Positions 22,882-31,328 of a stretch of 32,000 nt of DNA are shown here, one piece after another. The notes below the pieces were generated by a model. The model was not told where the DNA came from, did no database searches, and worked only from the letters and a program-made list of their open reading frames with translations. Numbering within the stretch: the first letter of the stretch is position 1; each line of letters starts with the position of its first letter. Made by a program: the position numbers and the translations under genes. Origin of the DNA: Phycisphaera mikurensis NBRC 102666 (GTDB lineage: Bacteria; Planctomycetota; Phycisphaerae; Phycisphaerales; Phycisphaeraceae); the NCBI RefSeq assembly GCF_000284115.1, contig NC_017080.1:900001-932000 (forward strand), given 5' to 3'.

Positions 22882-25800
22882 ACCCGCACCCCGAGGCCGC
22901 CGGTGCCGAGTGGCCGCTGTCGATCGCGCTGCCGGGTCGCCACGCCGTGGAGGCCAGCGCCGGCACCGGCAAGACCTTCACCATCGCGACGCTGCACCTG
23001 CGCTTCGTGGTGGAGGCCGGCTTCCCGGTGAACCGCGTGCTGGTCGCCACCTTCACCGAGGCCGCGACGGCGGAGCTGAAGGACCGCCTGCGGAAAAACC
23101 TCGCGCTGGCACGCCGGCTGGTCGGGGCGGCGGCCGCGGAGGGTCCCGCCGAGGAGGTCGCCTTCGCGGTGCTCCGCCGTGCCGGCGCCGCCGGCGACGG
23201 TCTCATCGAGCAGGAAGCGGCGTCGGTCGCCCGCCGCCTCGACCGCGCCCTCTCGGCCTTCGATGCGGCGCCGGTCTTCACGCTGCACGGCTTCTGCCAG
23301 CGGCTGCTCACCGAGCTGGCCTTCGAGTCGGGCGCCCGCTTCGAGGAGGAGGTGCTCACCGACGCCCGCCCGCTGCTCGACGCCGCGGTCGCGGCCTTCG
23401 CCGACGCCGCCTTCGGCGACCCGGCGTCGCCGCTGGCGGACGCGACCCCCGCCAAGGCGAGCGAGTGGGAGCCGATCCGGCTGGCGGCGAAGCTCGCGGT
23501 GGAGCACCCCGAGGCGGTGCTGGAGCCGGGGGTGGACCTCGCCGCCGCGGCGGCGGAAGCGGCCCGCCTCGCCGCTCCCGTCGAGGCGGCTTGGGCCCAG
23601 CGTCGGGACGCGATCGAGCGGGAGCTCCGCACGCTGTCGCCGGGCTTCCACAAGACGCTGTCGGACAAGCTGGAGGACCACCTGGGCACGCTCGCCCGGG
23701 CGATGCGCGAGAAGGCCTGGGCAGCGCTGCCCGGGGCGCTCTGCGAGACGCAGCTGCGTAAGAAGGTGAAGAAGAACCAGGCACCGCCGGCGGACCCGAT
23801 CTACGCCGCGCTGGATGCGCTCCGAAGCTTCGCGCTCTCCCCCGCCGCCGACCTCGCCGTGGCCGCCCGCTCTGCCGCCGCCGGCGAAGCCCGGGCCCGC
23901 GTCGCCGGGCTCAAGCGGGCCGGCGGCCTCATGGGCTTCGACGACATGCTCCAGCGGGTGGCCGCGGCGCTCGCCGATCCCGCCACCGGTCCCGCCCTCG
24001 CGGCGGAGGTCTGCCGCCGCTACCCCGTCGCGATGATCGACGAAGTGCAGGACACCGACCCGCTCCAGCACCGGATCCTCGAGCGGCTCTTCGGCGACGC
24101 GGACGCCGAGGCGCACGCGCCGCACGCTCGCTCCTTCTTCTCCATCGGCGACCCGAAGCAGTCGATCTACCGCTTCCGCGGGGCCGACGTCGGCGGCTTC
24201 GTGACGAGCCGCCAGCGGACGCCCGTCCAGAACCGGCACGGGCTGCGGACCAACCACCGCACCGACGCCCCGCTGGTCGCCGCCGCCCAGGCGGTCTTCT
24301 CCACCGCGGGCGGCGAGCCCTTCGGCGACACCGGGATCTCGCTGCCGGCGATCTCCGCGCGACACGCCAAGCGGGCGGCGCTGACGCCGGCGCTGGACGT
24401 CGCGTGGGTGCGGGTGGGCGGAGACGACGACGGTCCTTTGCCGACGAAGCCCGCGGCCACGCGGAAGGTCGTCCGCTCGCTCGTCGGGGACGTGCTCGCG
24501 CTGCTGAGCGAGGCGCCCGACCTGGGCGGCCGCCCGCTCGGCGCCGGCGACCTCGCGGTGCTCTGCGAGAAGAACAAGCAGCTCGACGCCGTGGCCGCCG
24601 CGCTCGCCGCGGCGGGCGTGCCGGCCGTGCGGCCCTCCGGCGAGAGCGTCTTCAGGAGCCCCGAGGCGGCGATCGCCGTCGACCTCGTCGTCGCGTGGCT
24701 GGATCCCACGGACAAGCCGCGGCTGCGGCGGGCGATGCTCGGCCCGGTGCTCGGGCACGACCCCGAGGCGCTCGACGATCCCGACGCGCTCGCCGCCGCC
24801 GCATCGCTCGCCGCGGCCTGCGGCCGGCGCTGGCGGCGCGCCGGCTTCGCGGCCGCGCTGAACCACGCGATGACCGCCTCGGGCACCGTCCGCCGGCTCG
24901 CGGCCGAGTCCCGCGGCGAGCGCCGGCTGACGAATCTCCTGCACCTCGGCGAGCTGTTGGAGCAGCTCGCCCGCGAGGACGGGCTCGGGCCCGAGGCGCT
25001 CCTGGCCCGGCTGCGGCGGGCGACGGCCCGGCCCGAGGAGGCGGGCACGGCCGAGTCGGCCGAGCTGCGCCTGGAGAGCGACGCGGCGGCGGTGAGGCTG
25101 CTGACGATCCACCGGAGCAAGGGGCTGGAGTTCCCGGTCGTGTTCCTGCCGTTCCTGTGGGACGGCGGCGGCGGGGCGAAGCGGGTGCCGGTGCTGTCGC
25201 GGCCGCGTGCGGGCGAGGACGCGCCGGCCGTCATCGACCTCGGCTCGGAGCGCCTGCCGGAGCGGCACCTCCGCGACGAGGCCGAGCAGCGGGAGGAGAA
25301 GGTCCGCCTCCTGTACGTCGCGCTCACGCGGGCGAAGCACCAGACGCGGCTGCACGTCGCGGCGACGAAGCAGACGGGGCTGACCCCGCTGGGTGGGCTC
25401 GTGTGCGGCGACACGGACCCGAAGACGCTCAAGACCGAGGATGCCTGGCGGTCGCGCCTCGCGTCCTGGTGCGACCGCGTCGCGGCGGAGGCCACCGCCG
25501 ACCTCGCCGTGCAGGGCTTCGACGAGCCGGCCTGGCGGACGATCGAACTCCGAGACACGCAGACGGGTCACGCCGCGCCGTCGCTCTCCGAGGCCAGCCC
25601 CGCCGCCGCGCCGCCGCTGGTCCGCCGCGCCCTGGACCGCTTCCCGCCGCCGGCGCTCCGCTCGTCGAGCTTCTCGTCGCTGACCGCCGGCGGGCACGGC
25701 TCCGCGTCTGCGCCCGAGCCGGTCGACCGCGACGCCGAGCCGGCCGCGGGCGGCGGCGTGCCGACCGAGGCGGAGGAGGAAGGCCCCCTCGACGCCATGC

Positions 25801-26540
25801 CCGGCGGCACCGGCGTGGGCCTGCTCGTCCACGCGGTGCTCGAGGACGCGCTGGCCGAGCCCTCTCCCGCCGGCGACGACGCGGCGCCGTGGTGCCGCGC
25901 CCGCGTCGCCGCCACCGGGCCGACGCACGGGCTCGCCCCCGCGTGGCACGACCCGCTCGGCGACGGCCTCGCCGCCACGCTCAGCCGCCCGCTCCCGCTC
26001 GCGGGCCCGGACGAGCCGCCGATTGCGCTGCTGGACACCGATGCCGCGTCCCGCTCCATCGAGCTGCCCTTCGTGCTCGCCGCCGGCGGACCCGGACCCG
26101 GTGAGGTCCCGGTCGGCGCGATCGCGGAGGTGCTCGCCCGCAGCGGCCACGCGGGCACCCGCGAGACCGCGGAGCGTCTGCGCCACGCCGACCCCCGCCC
26201 GGTCGCCGGCCTGCTCGAGGGCTACATCGACCTGGTCGTCCGCGTCGGCGGCCGCTGGCACGTGGTCGACCACAAGAGCAACCGCGTGCCGACCGGCTAC
26301 GGCCCCGCCTCGCTCGACGCCGCCATGGTGCGGGCGATGTACCTGCTGCAGGGCCACCTCTACCTCGCCGCGCTGCACCGGCTGCTGCGGGCCGGCCGCG
26401 ACGGCTACGACCCCGCCGCGCACCTCGGCGGCATGGCCTACCTCTTCGTCCGCGGCATCGCCGCCGGCGGCGACCGCGGCGTCTACACCCACCGGCCCGA
26501 GCCGGGCCTCATCGAGGAGCTCGCGGAGGTGCTGTCGTGA
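22878..26540 (+). CDS. recB: Exodeoxyribonuclease V beta subunit RecB (SF1 helicase plus PD-(D/E)xK nuclease)
   Basis: This is the 3' 1220 codons of track ORF 19326..26540. The upstream 1184 codons are an Arg/Gly-rich shadow of recC. TTG 22878 overlaps the recC stop (TTGA) and places helicase motif I (EASAGTGKTFTIA) about 22 residues from the N-terminus, as in E. coli RecB. Other motifs are MIDEVQDTDPLQ, GDPKQSIYRFRGAD, TIHRSKGLEFPVVFLP and YVALTRA, plus the nuclease motif GYIDLVVRVGGRWHVVDHKSN. Confidence 0.9.
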   Translation: MNPHPEAAGAEWPLSIALPGRHAVEASAGTGKTFTIATLHLRFVVEAGFPVNRVLVATFTEAATAELKDRLRKNLALARRLVGAAAAEGPAEEVAFAVLRRAGAAGDGLIEQEAASVARRLDRALSAFDAAPVFTLHGFCQRLLTELAFESGARFEEEVLTDARPLLDAAVAAFADAAFGDPASPLADATPAKASEWEPIRLAAKLAVEHPEAVLEPGVDLAAAAAEAARLAAPVEAAWAQRRDAIERELRTLSPGFHKTLSDKLEDHLGTLARAMREKAWAALPGALCETQLRKKVKKNQAPPADPIYAALDALRSFALSPAADLAVAARSAAAGEARARVAGLKRAGGLMGFDDMLQRVAAALADPATGPALAAEVCRRYPVAMIDEVQDTDPLQHRILERLFGDADAEAHAPHARSFFSIGDPKQSIYRFRGADVGGFVTSRQRTPVQNRHGLRTNHRTDAPLVAAAQAVFSTAGGEPFGDTGISLPAISARHAKRAALTPALDVAWVRVGGDDDGPLPTKPAATRKVVRSLVGDVLALLSEAPDLGGRPLGAGDLAVLCEKNKQLDAVAAALAAAGVPAVRPSGESVFRSPEAAIAVDLVVAWLDPTDKPRLRRAMLGPVLGHDPEALDDPDALAAAASLAAACGRRWRRAGFAAALNHAMTASGTVRRLAAESRGERRLTNLLHLGELLEQLAREDGLGPEALLARLRRATARPEEAGTAESAELRLESDAAAVRLLTIHRSKGLEFPVVFLPFLWDGGGGAKRVPVLSRPRAGEDAPAVIDLGSERLPERHLRDEAEQREEKVRLLYVALTRAKHQTRLHVAATKQTGLTPLGGLVCGDTDPKTLKTEDAWRSRLASWCDRVAAEATADLAVQGFDEPAWRTIELRDTQTGHAAPSLSEASPAAAPPLVRRALDRFPPPALRSSSFSSLTAGGHGSASAPEPVDRDAEPAAGGGVPTEAEEEGPLDAMPGGTGVGLLVHAVLEDALAEPSPAGDDAAPWCRARVAATGPTHGLAPAWHDPLGDGLAATLSRPLPLAGPDEPPIALLDTDAASRSIELPFVLAAGGPGPGEVPVGAIAEVLARSGHAGTRETAERLRHADPRPVAGLLEGYIDLVVRVGGRWHVVDHKSNRVPTGYGPASLDAAMVRAMYLLQGHLYLAALHRLLRAGRDGYDPAAHLGGMAYLFVRGIAAGGDRGVYTHRPEPGLIEELAEVLS

Positions 26541-26619
26541 GCGAGACAACCGCCGATCCCGGGTGCCACGCCGCTTGCGGGGTGGCCGAGCCGCGGGTGG
26601 TCCGCGTCGGAGATCGGTC

Positions 26620-28422
26620 ATGAGTCCCTTCAGCGCGCCGTCCCCCACCCCCCAAGGGGCGTGGCACCCGGATGCTGGCGAGGCCTCTCCGCGCGAGCGC
26701 GCGGTTGCCGCGTCGGTGGAGCGGGCCGCGGTCGACGCCGGCGACGCGCCCGAGATCGCCGCCGCGGCGGGCCGGCTCGCCGCGGCGGTGGTCGCCGCCG
26801 AGGCCCGGGGCAGCACGTGCGTCTCGCTCGCCGACCTGCCGCCGGGTGCGGTCTCGACCGCGCCGGACGCGAGCCGCATGATCGCCCACCGGAACGATCA
26901 GGACCGCTCGCCCGTCCGCGATCGCCCGCTCGTGCTCGACGCCGACGCCGGCCTGCTCTTCACCGCCCGCAGCTGGTTCTTCCAGGAGCGGCTCGCGGCG
27001 AACCTCGCCGCCCGCCTCGGCGAGGCGGAGGCGCCGCCCGGCGACACGCTCGCCCGGCTCTTCCCCGACGCCGGCACGCCCGAGGGGGCCGACGCCGCGG
27101 CGGCCGCCGCCGGGCTCGCCGCCTCGCGCTTCGGCGTGCTCACCGGCGGGCCCGGCACCGGCAAGACGACCGCCGCGGCCCGCCTGCTCGCGGCCTTCCT
27201 GCTCGCCGAGGAAGCCGCGGGACGGGACCTCGCGGGGCTGAGGATCGTTCTCGCCACACCAACGGGCAAGGCGGCGGAACGGCTGACCGCGTCGATCCGG
27301 GGCTCCGCCCCGAAGCTCGACGCGCCCGAGGCCGTGCGTGGACGGCTCGCCTCCCTCGAAGCCTCGACGGTCCACCGCCTCCTCGGCTGGACCCCGCTCC
27401 CGCCCGAACGCGGCGGCCCCTTCCGCCGCACCGCCGAGAACCCGCTCGCCGCCGACGTCGTGCTCGTGGACGAGGCCTCGATGATCGGGCTGGAGCTGAT
27501 GAGCCGGCTGTGCGACGCGGTGCGGCCCGATGCGCGGCTGATCCTCATGGGCGACGCCAACCAGCTCGCCAGCGTCGAGGCCGGCGGCGTGCTGGCCGAG
27601 CTGGTGACCGCCGGCGAGGCAGCGGGCCCGCTCGCCGGCCGCGTGTTCCACCTCCGCCACAGCCGGCGCTTCGCTCCCGGCGGCGCGATCGACCGCCTCG
27701 CGAGAGCCGTGCTCGCCGGCGACGACGACGCCGCGCTGGCGCAGCTGCGATCCGCGGACCGCGACGCTTTGGCGACGTTCACGCCCGCGGTCCGCGGTCT
27801 GGATTCCGAGGCCATTGACCTCCTCCAGCAAGACGATCGGGAAGCCGCCTCCCTCGGTGAGGCCGAAGCATTTCGCCTGCGCATCGCCGGCGTCCGCGTG
27901 CTCACCGCCCTCCGCGACGGCCCCTCCGGCGAAGCGGGGTTGAATCAGCGGCTGCTCGGCGCCACGGCACCCGGTGCCCGCACCGAGCAACCCTCCACCT
28001 GGCCCGCCGGCTGCCCCGTCCTCGTCACCCGCAACGACCCCGAGACCGGCCTCTCCAACGGCGACCTCGGCCTGCTCGAGCGGCCCGACGGCCGGCCGCC
28101 CGAAGTCGCCTTCGAGGCGGCCGAAGGCCTACGCCGCGTCGCCCTCGCCCTCATTCCCGGCGCCCGCCCCGGCCACGCGATGACCGTGCACAAAGCCCAG
28201 GGCAGCGAGGCCCACCGCGTCTTCGTCGTCCTCCCCGACCGCGACACCGAGGTGCTCTCCCGCGAGCTGCTCTACACCGCGCTCACCCGCGTCGCCGATC
28301 GCGGCGGCGAGCGCGGCCGCCTCAGCATCCTCGGCCCCGAAGCCGTGCTCCGCGCCGCCATCCGGCGGAAGGGCCTCCGCCGCGGCGGGCTCGTTGCCGC
28401 GTTGTCCGCTGCACCCCCGTAG
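26620..28422 (+). CDS. recD: Exodeoxyribonuclease V alpha subunit RecD
   Basis: Inner part of track ORF 26023..28422. ATG 26620 is preceded by GGAG with a 7-nt spacer; in-frame GTG 26563 is an alternative start. SF1 motifs are LTGGPGTGKTT, VVLVDEASMI, LILMGDANQLASVEAGGV, MTVHKAQGSE and LLYTALTR. Confidence 0.9.
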   Translation: MSPFSAPSPTPQGAWHPDAGEASPRERAVAASVERAAVDAGDAPEIAAAAGRLAAAVVAAEARGSTCVSLADLPPGAVSTAPDASRMIAHRNDQDRSPVRDRPLVLDADAGLLFTARSWFFQERLAANLAARLGEAEAPPGDTLARLFPDAGTPEGADAAAAAAGLAASRFGVLTGGPGTGKTTAAARLLAAFLLAEEAAGRDLAGLRIVLATPTGKAAERLTASIRGSAPKLDAPEAVRGRLASLEASTVHRLLGWTPLPPERGGPFRRTAENPLAADVVLVDEASMIGLELMSRLCDAVRPDARLILMGDANQLASVEAGGVLAELVTAGEAAGPLAGRVFHLRHSRRFAPGGAIDRLARAVLAGDDDAALAQLRSADRDALATFTPAVRGLDSEAIDLLQQDDREAASLGEAEAFRLRIAGVRVLTALRDGPSGEAGLNQRLLGATAPGARTEQPSTWPAGCPVLVTRNDPETGLSNGDLGLLERPDGRPPEVAFEAAEGLRRVALALIPGARPGHAMTVHKAQGSEAHRVFVVLPDRDTEVLSRELLYTALTRVADRGGERGRLSILGPEAVLRAAIRRKGLRRGGLVAALSAAPP

Positions 28423-28433
28423 GTGAGGAAAGC

Positions 28434-28486
28434 GCGAAGGTGTCAGGTACATTCAGCGAGATGCTGAATGTACCTGACACCTTCGC
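28434..28486. terminator. Perfect 24-bp inverted repeat with a 5-nt loop between convergent recD and the ThuA-like gene; probably a bidirectional terminator or stabiliser hairpin
   Basis: GCGAAGGTGTCAGGTACATTCAGC (28434..28457), loop GAGAT, GCTGAATGTACCTGACACCTTCGC (28463..28486). It starts 12 nt after the recD stop and ends 10 nt before the ThuA-like stop. On the minus strand it is followed by gcTTTCCTC; there is no T-run on the plus strand. Confidence 0.6.
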
Positions 28487-28495
28487 CCGGGAGGC

Positions 28496-29308
28496 TCAAT
28501 GCTCGTGCAGCGCCGCGTCGACGACGTGGCCGGTGTCGAGCTTCTCGAGCGCCGGCTCGATCTTCGGGGACCGATGCCGGTACGCGGTCGTGCCCGCCAC
28601 GGGGGCCACGTGCTTCACCGCGTTGGCGAGCACGCGGCGGATGTTCTTGTCCTTGTAGATCGGGAAGGTCTCGTGGCCGGGCCGCAGGTAGAAGATCTTG
28701 CCCGCTCCGCGCTTCCAGCCGCAGCCCGAGCGGAAGACCTCGCCGCCGGCGAACCAGCTGACGAAGACCAGCTCGTCGGGCGTGGGGACGTCGAAGGGCT
28801 CGCCGTACATCTCGGTCTCGGGCAGCTCGAAGAACTCGGCTCGGCCGCCGGGCCCCTTCTCGTCGGCGGGCCCGTCGAGGCCCGCGGTCACCGGGTGCCC
28901 CGGATCGACGACCCACAGCCGCTCTCGCTCGCCGGCCTCCCGCCAGCGGAGGTGGTTGTTCGTGCCCAGCAGCAGCTTGAAGGGCTTGGCGTAGTGGGCG
29001 GAGTGCAGCGGCACGAAGCCCATGCCCTCTCGGACCCGCTGGGCGACCCTCTGCGCGATCTCGTCCCTCACGTCGTCGTGGGCGCCGTGGCCCCACCAGG
29101 TGAGAACGTCCGTGTTCTCCAGCACGCCGTTGCCGAGGCCGTGCTCGCCGTCCTGGTCGAGCAGGGCGGTGGTGACCTCGACCTGATCACCCAGATGCTC
29201 CTCGATCGCCGACTTCATCTCCGCGTGCATGCCGTCGGGGTAGATCTCCTGAACGGTTCGGTTGATCTTCTCGTGGCGGTGTTCGTGCCAGACGGTGACG
29301 CGGAGCAT
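28496..29308 (-). CDS. ThuA-like (trehalose-utilisation family) protein
   Basis: Track ORF of 270 aa, ATG preceded by AAGGAA. MLRVTVWHEHRHEK...IYPDGMH...DVLTWWGHGAHDDV...GMGFVPLHSAHYAKPFKLLLGTNNHLRWREAGERERLWVVDPGHPV matches the ThuA-family pattern recalled from memory. Confidence 0.85.
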   Translation of the reverse strand: MLRVTVWHEHRHEKINRTVQEIYPDGMHAEMKSAIEEHLGDQVEVTTALLDQDGEHGLGNGVLENTDVLTWWGHGAHDDVRDEIAQRVAQRVREGMGFVPLHSAHYAKPFKLLLGTNNHLRWREAGERERLWVVDPGHPVTAGLDGPADEKGPGGRAEFFELPETEMYGEPFDVPTPDELVFVSWFAGGEVFRSGCGWKRGAGKIFYLRPGHETFPIYKDKNIRRVLANAVKHVAPVAGTTAYRHRSPKIEPALEKLDTGHVVDAALHEH

Positions 29309-29420
29309 GAGGTTCCTTCGATGGGTCGTTAGCGTGCGGCCGCGGATCGCGGCGAGAACGCGAGCCTAAGGAAGACGGTCCGCGGCGGGGCGGCCCGGCT
29401 TGGGCCCGTACGCTCCCCGG

Positions 29421-31241
29421 ATGGCCCGTCGCGCGTTGCTGCTGCTGATCTGTCTGCTCCTGCTCGCCCCGCTCGCCGGCGTTGGCGCGGCGGCCCCGGG
29501 GGCTCCGGGGGCGGTGCCCGCGCCTCGCGTCGCGGAGCCGGAGCCGGAGGTCACGCCCGCGCCCGCGGGTCCGACCGGTCCCGCGGAAACGGCTCCGCCC
29601 GCGACCGAGGCCGCTGCGGCCACGCCTCCGCCCGCGGTCGGTTCGCCGCCGGCGGCCACGCCGATCCCGCGCCGCCCGCCGCTCTTGGTCCTGCCCTCGG
29701 GCGCGGAGGTCGCCGTGATCCCGATCGAGGGGATGATCTACGACTTCACGACCGACTCGCTGCGGCGGCGGATGGAGCGGGCCCGGGCCGGCGGCGCGAC
29801 CGTCTTCGTGCTCTCGCTGGACACGCCCGGCGGCGTCGTCACCTCCGCGATCGACATCGCCAAGCTCCTCAAGAGCACACCCGAGCCGACGATCGCCTGG
29901 ATCAACGACCAGGCCTACTCCGCCGGCTCGCTCATCGCCACGTCCTGCGACTACTTGGTCGTCGCGCCCAGCAGCAGCTTCGGGGACTCGGCCCCCGTGT
30001 CGATGGTGGGCGAGCTCGCCCCCACCGAGCGGGCGAAGGCGCTCTCGCCGCTGCTCAACGAGTACCGCGACAACGCCCGGGCGAACGGCCACGACTACGC
30101 CGCGCTGCAGGCGATGTGCGTGCTCGGCGTCGAGCTGTACTACGTGGAGGATCCGGCCACCGGCCGCCGCCACGTGGTGAACCAGGCCGACCACGCCGTG
30201 CTGGTCGGGGGCCTGTCGCCCGCGGAAGCCGACGAGAAGATCGCCGCCATGGCCGACCTCGCCGGCACGGGGAGCGCCGTGGGACGCCCGGCCCGCGAGC
30301 TCGCCGACGCCGCCTCGGCCGGCGCGTGGCGGGCGGTGGAGCAGCTGCCCAGCGGGCGGAAGCTGCCCGGGGGCCGGTTGCACGACGGCAGCACGCTCTA
30401 CACGCTCAGCCAGACCGAGGCGATCGACACCGGCATCGCCGAGGCCGAGGCCCGCACCGAGGCCGACCTCCAGGCCCTGCTCAATGCCGCCTCGGTGAGC
30501 ACCGTCGGGCAGACCTGGAGCGAGGCCCTCGCGATGTTCCTGACCAACCCCTTCGTGCGGATGGGCCTCATCGCGATCTTCGGCATCGGCCTCTTCGTGG
30601 AGATGCTCGCGCCGGGCTTCGGCCTCGCCGGCGGCGTCGCCCTCCTTGCCTTGGCCGCGCTGATCGGGGCGCCGCTGCTGGTGGGCCTCTCGGAGATCTG
30701 GCACATCGGGTTGATGGTGATCGGGGTGGTCATGATCGTGATCGAGCTGCTCGCCACGCCCACCTTCGGCCTGATGGGCATCGTCGGCGTGGGCGCCGTG
30801 CTCGCCGGGCTGGTGCTGTCGACCGTGCCCAGCTCCGGCGGCGGCCCGGTGCCGCTGCCCGCCCCGGGCACCGGCGGCCGCCTCGCCTCGGCCACGATCG
30901 CAACGCTCTTGGCCTTCGTCGTCACCGGCTTCGCGTCGCTGGGCCTGATGAAGGTCTACGGCCGCGTGCCCGGGCTTTCCCGCCTCGTGCTCGGCGACGC
31001 GCCGGCGATCGACGCCCGCTCTGCGCCCCCGGGCCCGGACGCGGACGGCGCCGCGGACCGCGGCCCGGCCGTCGGTGAAACCGGCACGGTCCGCGGCGGC
31101 GGCCTCCGCCCGTCGGGCTCGATCGCCATCGGCGACCGCTGGATCGACGCCGTCTCCGCCGGCGGCTTCATCGAGGAAGGCACCGCCGTCACCGTCGTCG
31201 AGGTCGCCGGCAACCGCGTGGTGGTGGAAGCGGCGGCCTGA
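29421..31241 (+). CDS. Long-form NfeD-family membrane-bound serine protease (ClpP/SppA-like domain, TM region and C-terminal NfeD OB domain)
   Basis: Track ORF 29400..31241, which opens with TTG; I prefer ATG 29421 (MARRALLLLICLLLLAPLAGVGAA, a signal peptide). A Pro/Ala-rich linker is followed by a ClpP-class domain (EVAVIPIEGMI..., TIAWINDQAYSAGSLIA), then 4-5 TM helices, then an NfeD-type tail (GETGTVRGGGLRPSGSIAIGDRWIDAVSAGGFIEEGTAVTVVEVAGNRVVV). Confidence 0.8.
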   Translation: MARRALLLLICLLLLAPLAGVGAAAPGAPGAVPAPRVAEPEPEVTPAPAGPTGPAETAPPATEAAAATPPPAVGSPPAATPIPRRPPLLVLPSGAEVAVIPIEGMIYDFTTDSLRRRMERARAGGATVFVLSLDTPGGVVTSAIDIAKLLKSTPEPTIAWINDQAYSAGSLIATSCDYLVVAPSSSFGDSAPVSMVGELAPTERAKALSPLLNEYRDNARANGHDYAALQAMCVLGVELYYVEDPATGRRHVVNQADHAVLVGGLSPAEADEKIAAMADLAGTGSAVGRPARELADAASAGAWRAVEQLPSGRKLPGGRLHDGSTLYTLSQTEAIDTGIAEAEARTEADLQALLNAASVSTVGQTWSEALAMFLTNPFVRMGLIAIFGIGLFVEMLAPGFGLAGGVALLALAALIGAPLLVGLSEIWHIGLMVIGVVMIVIELLATPTFGLMGIVGVGAVLAGLVLSTVPSSGGGPVPLPAPGTGGRLASATIATLLAFVVTGFASLGLMKVYGRVPGLSRLVLGDAPAIDARSAPPGPDADGAADRGPAVGETGTVRGGGLRPSGSIAIGDRWIDAVSAGGFIEEGTAVTVVEVAGNRVVVEAAA

Positions 31242-31328
31242 GCGGGCGCCGCCGCGCGCCGCCTCGCCGCGATTCGGCGCCCGCGGGCCGCTGGCGGGGG
31301 GACGATCCGGACCCCGCGCGTCCGGAGG

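Noticed and set aside
19326-26540. A 2404-aa ORF on the + strand that looks like one giant protein
   Set aside because: The first 1184 codons are Arg/Gly/Ala-rich and overlap recC out of frame, so they are a shadow ORF typical of very high GC. Recognisable RecB sequence begins only at the TTG at 22878.
20121-26879. A 2252-aa ORF on the minus strand, antisense to recC/recB
   Set aside because: Its composition is dominated by Ser/Ala/Arg/Pro with no motifs. It is fully antisense to two genes that carry strong family motifs.
28129-28761. Small ORFs 28440..28658 (+), 28468..28761 (+) and 28129..28452 (-); the latter two start MYLTPS on opposite strands
   Set aside because: They are artefacts of the perfect palindrome at 28434..28486. 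They overlap recD or the ThuA-like gene out of frame.
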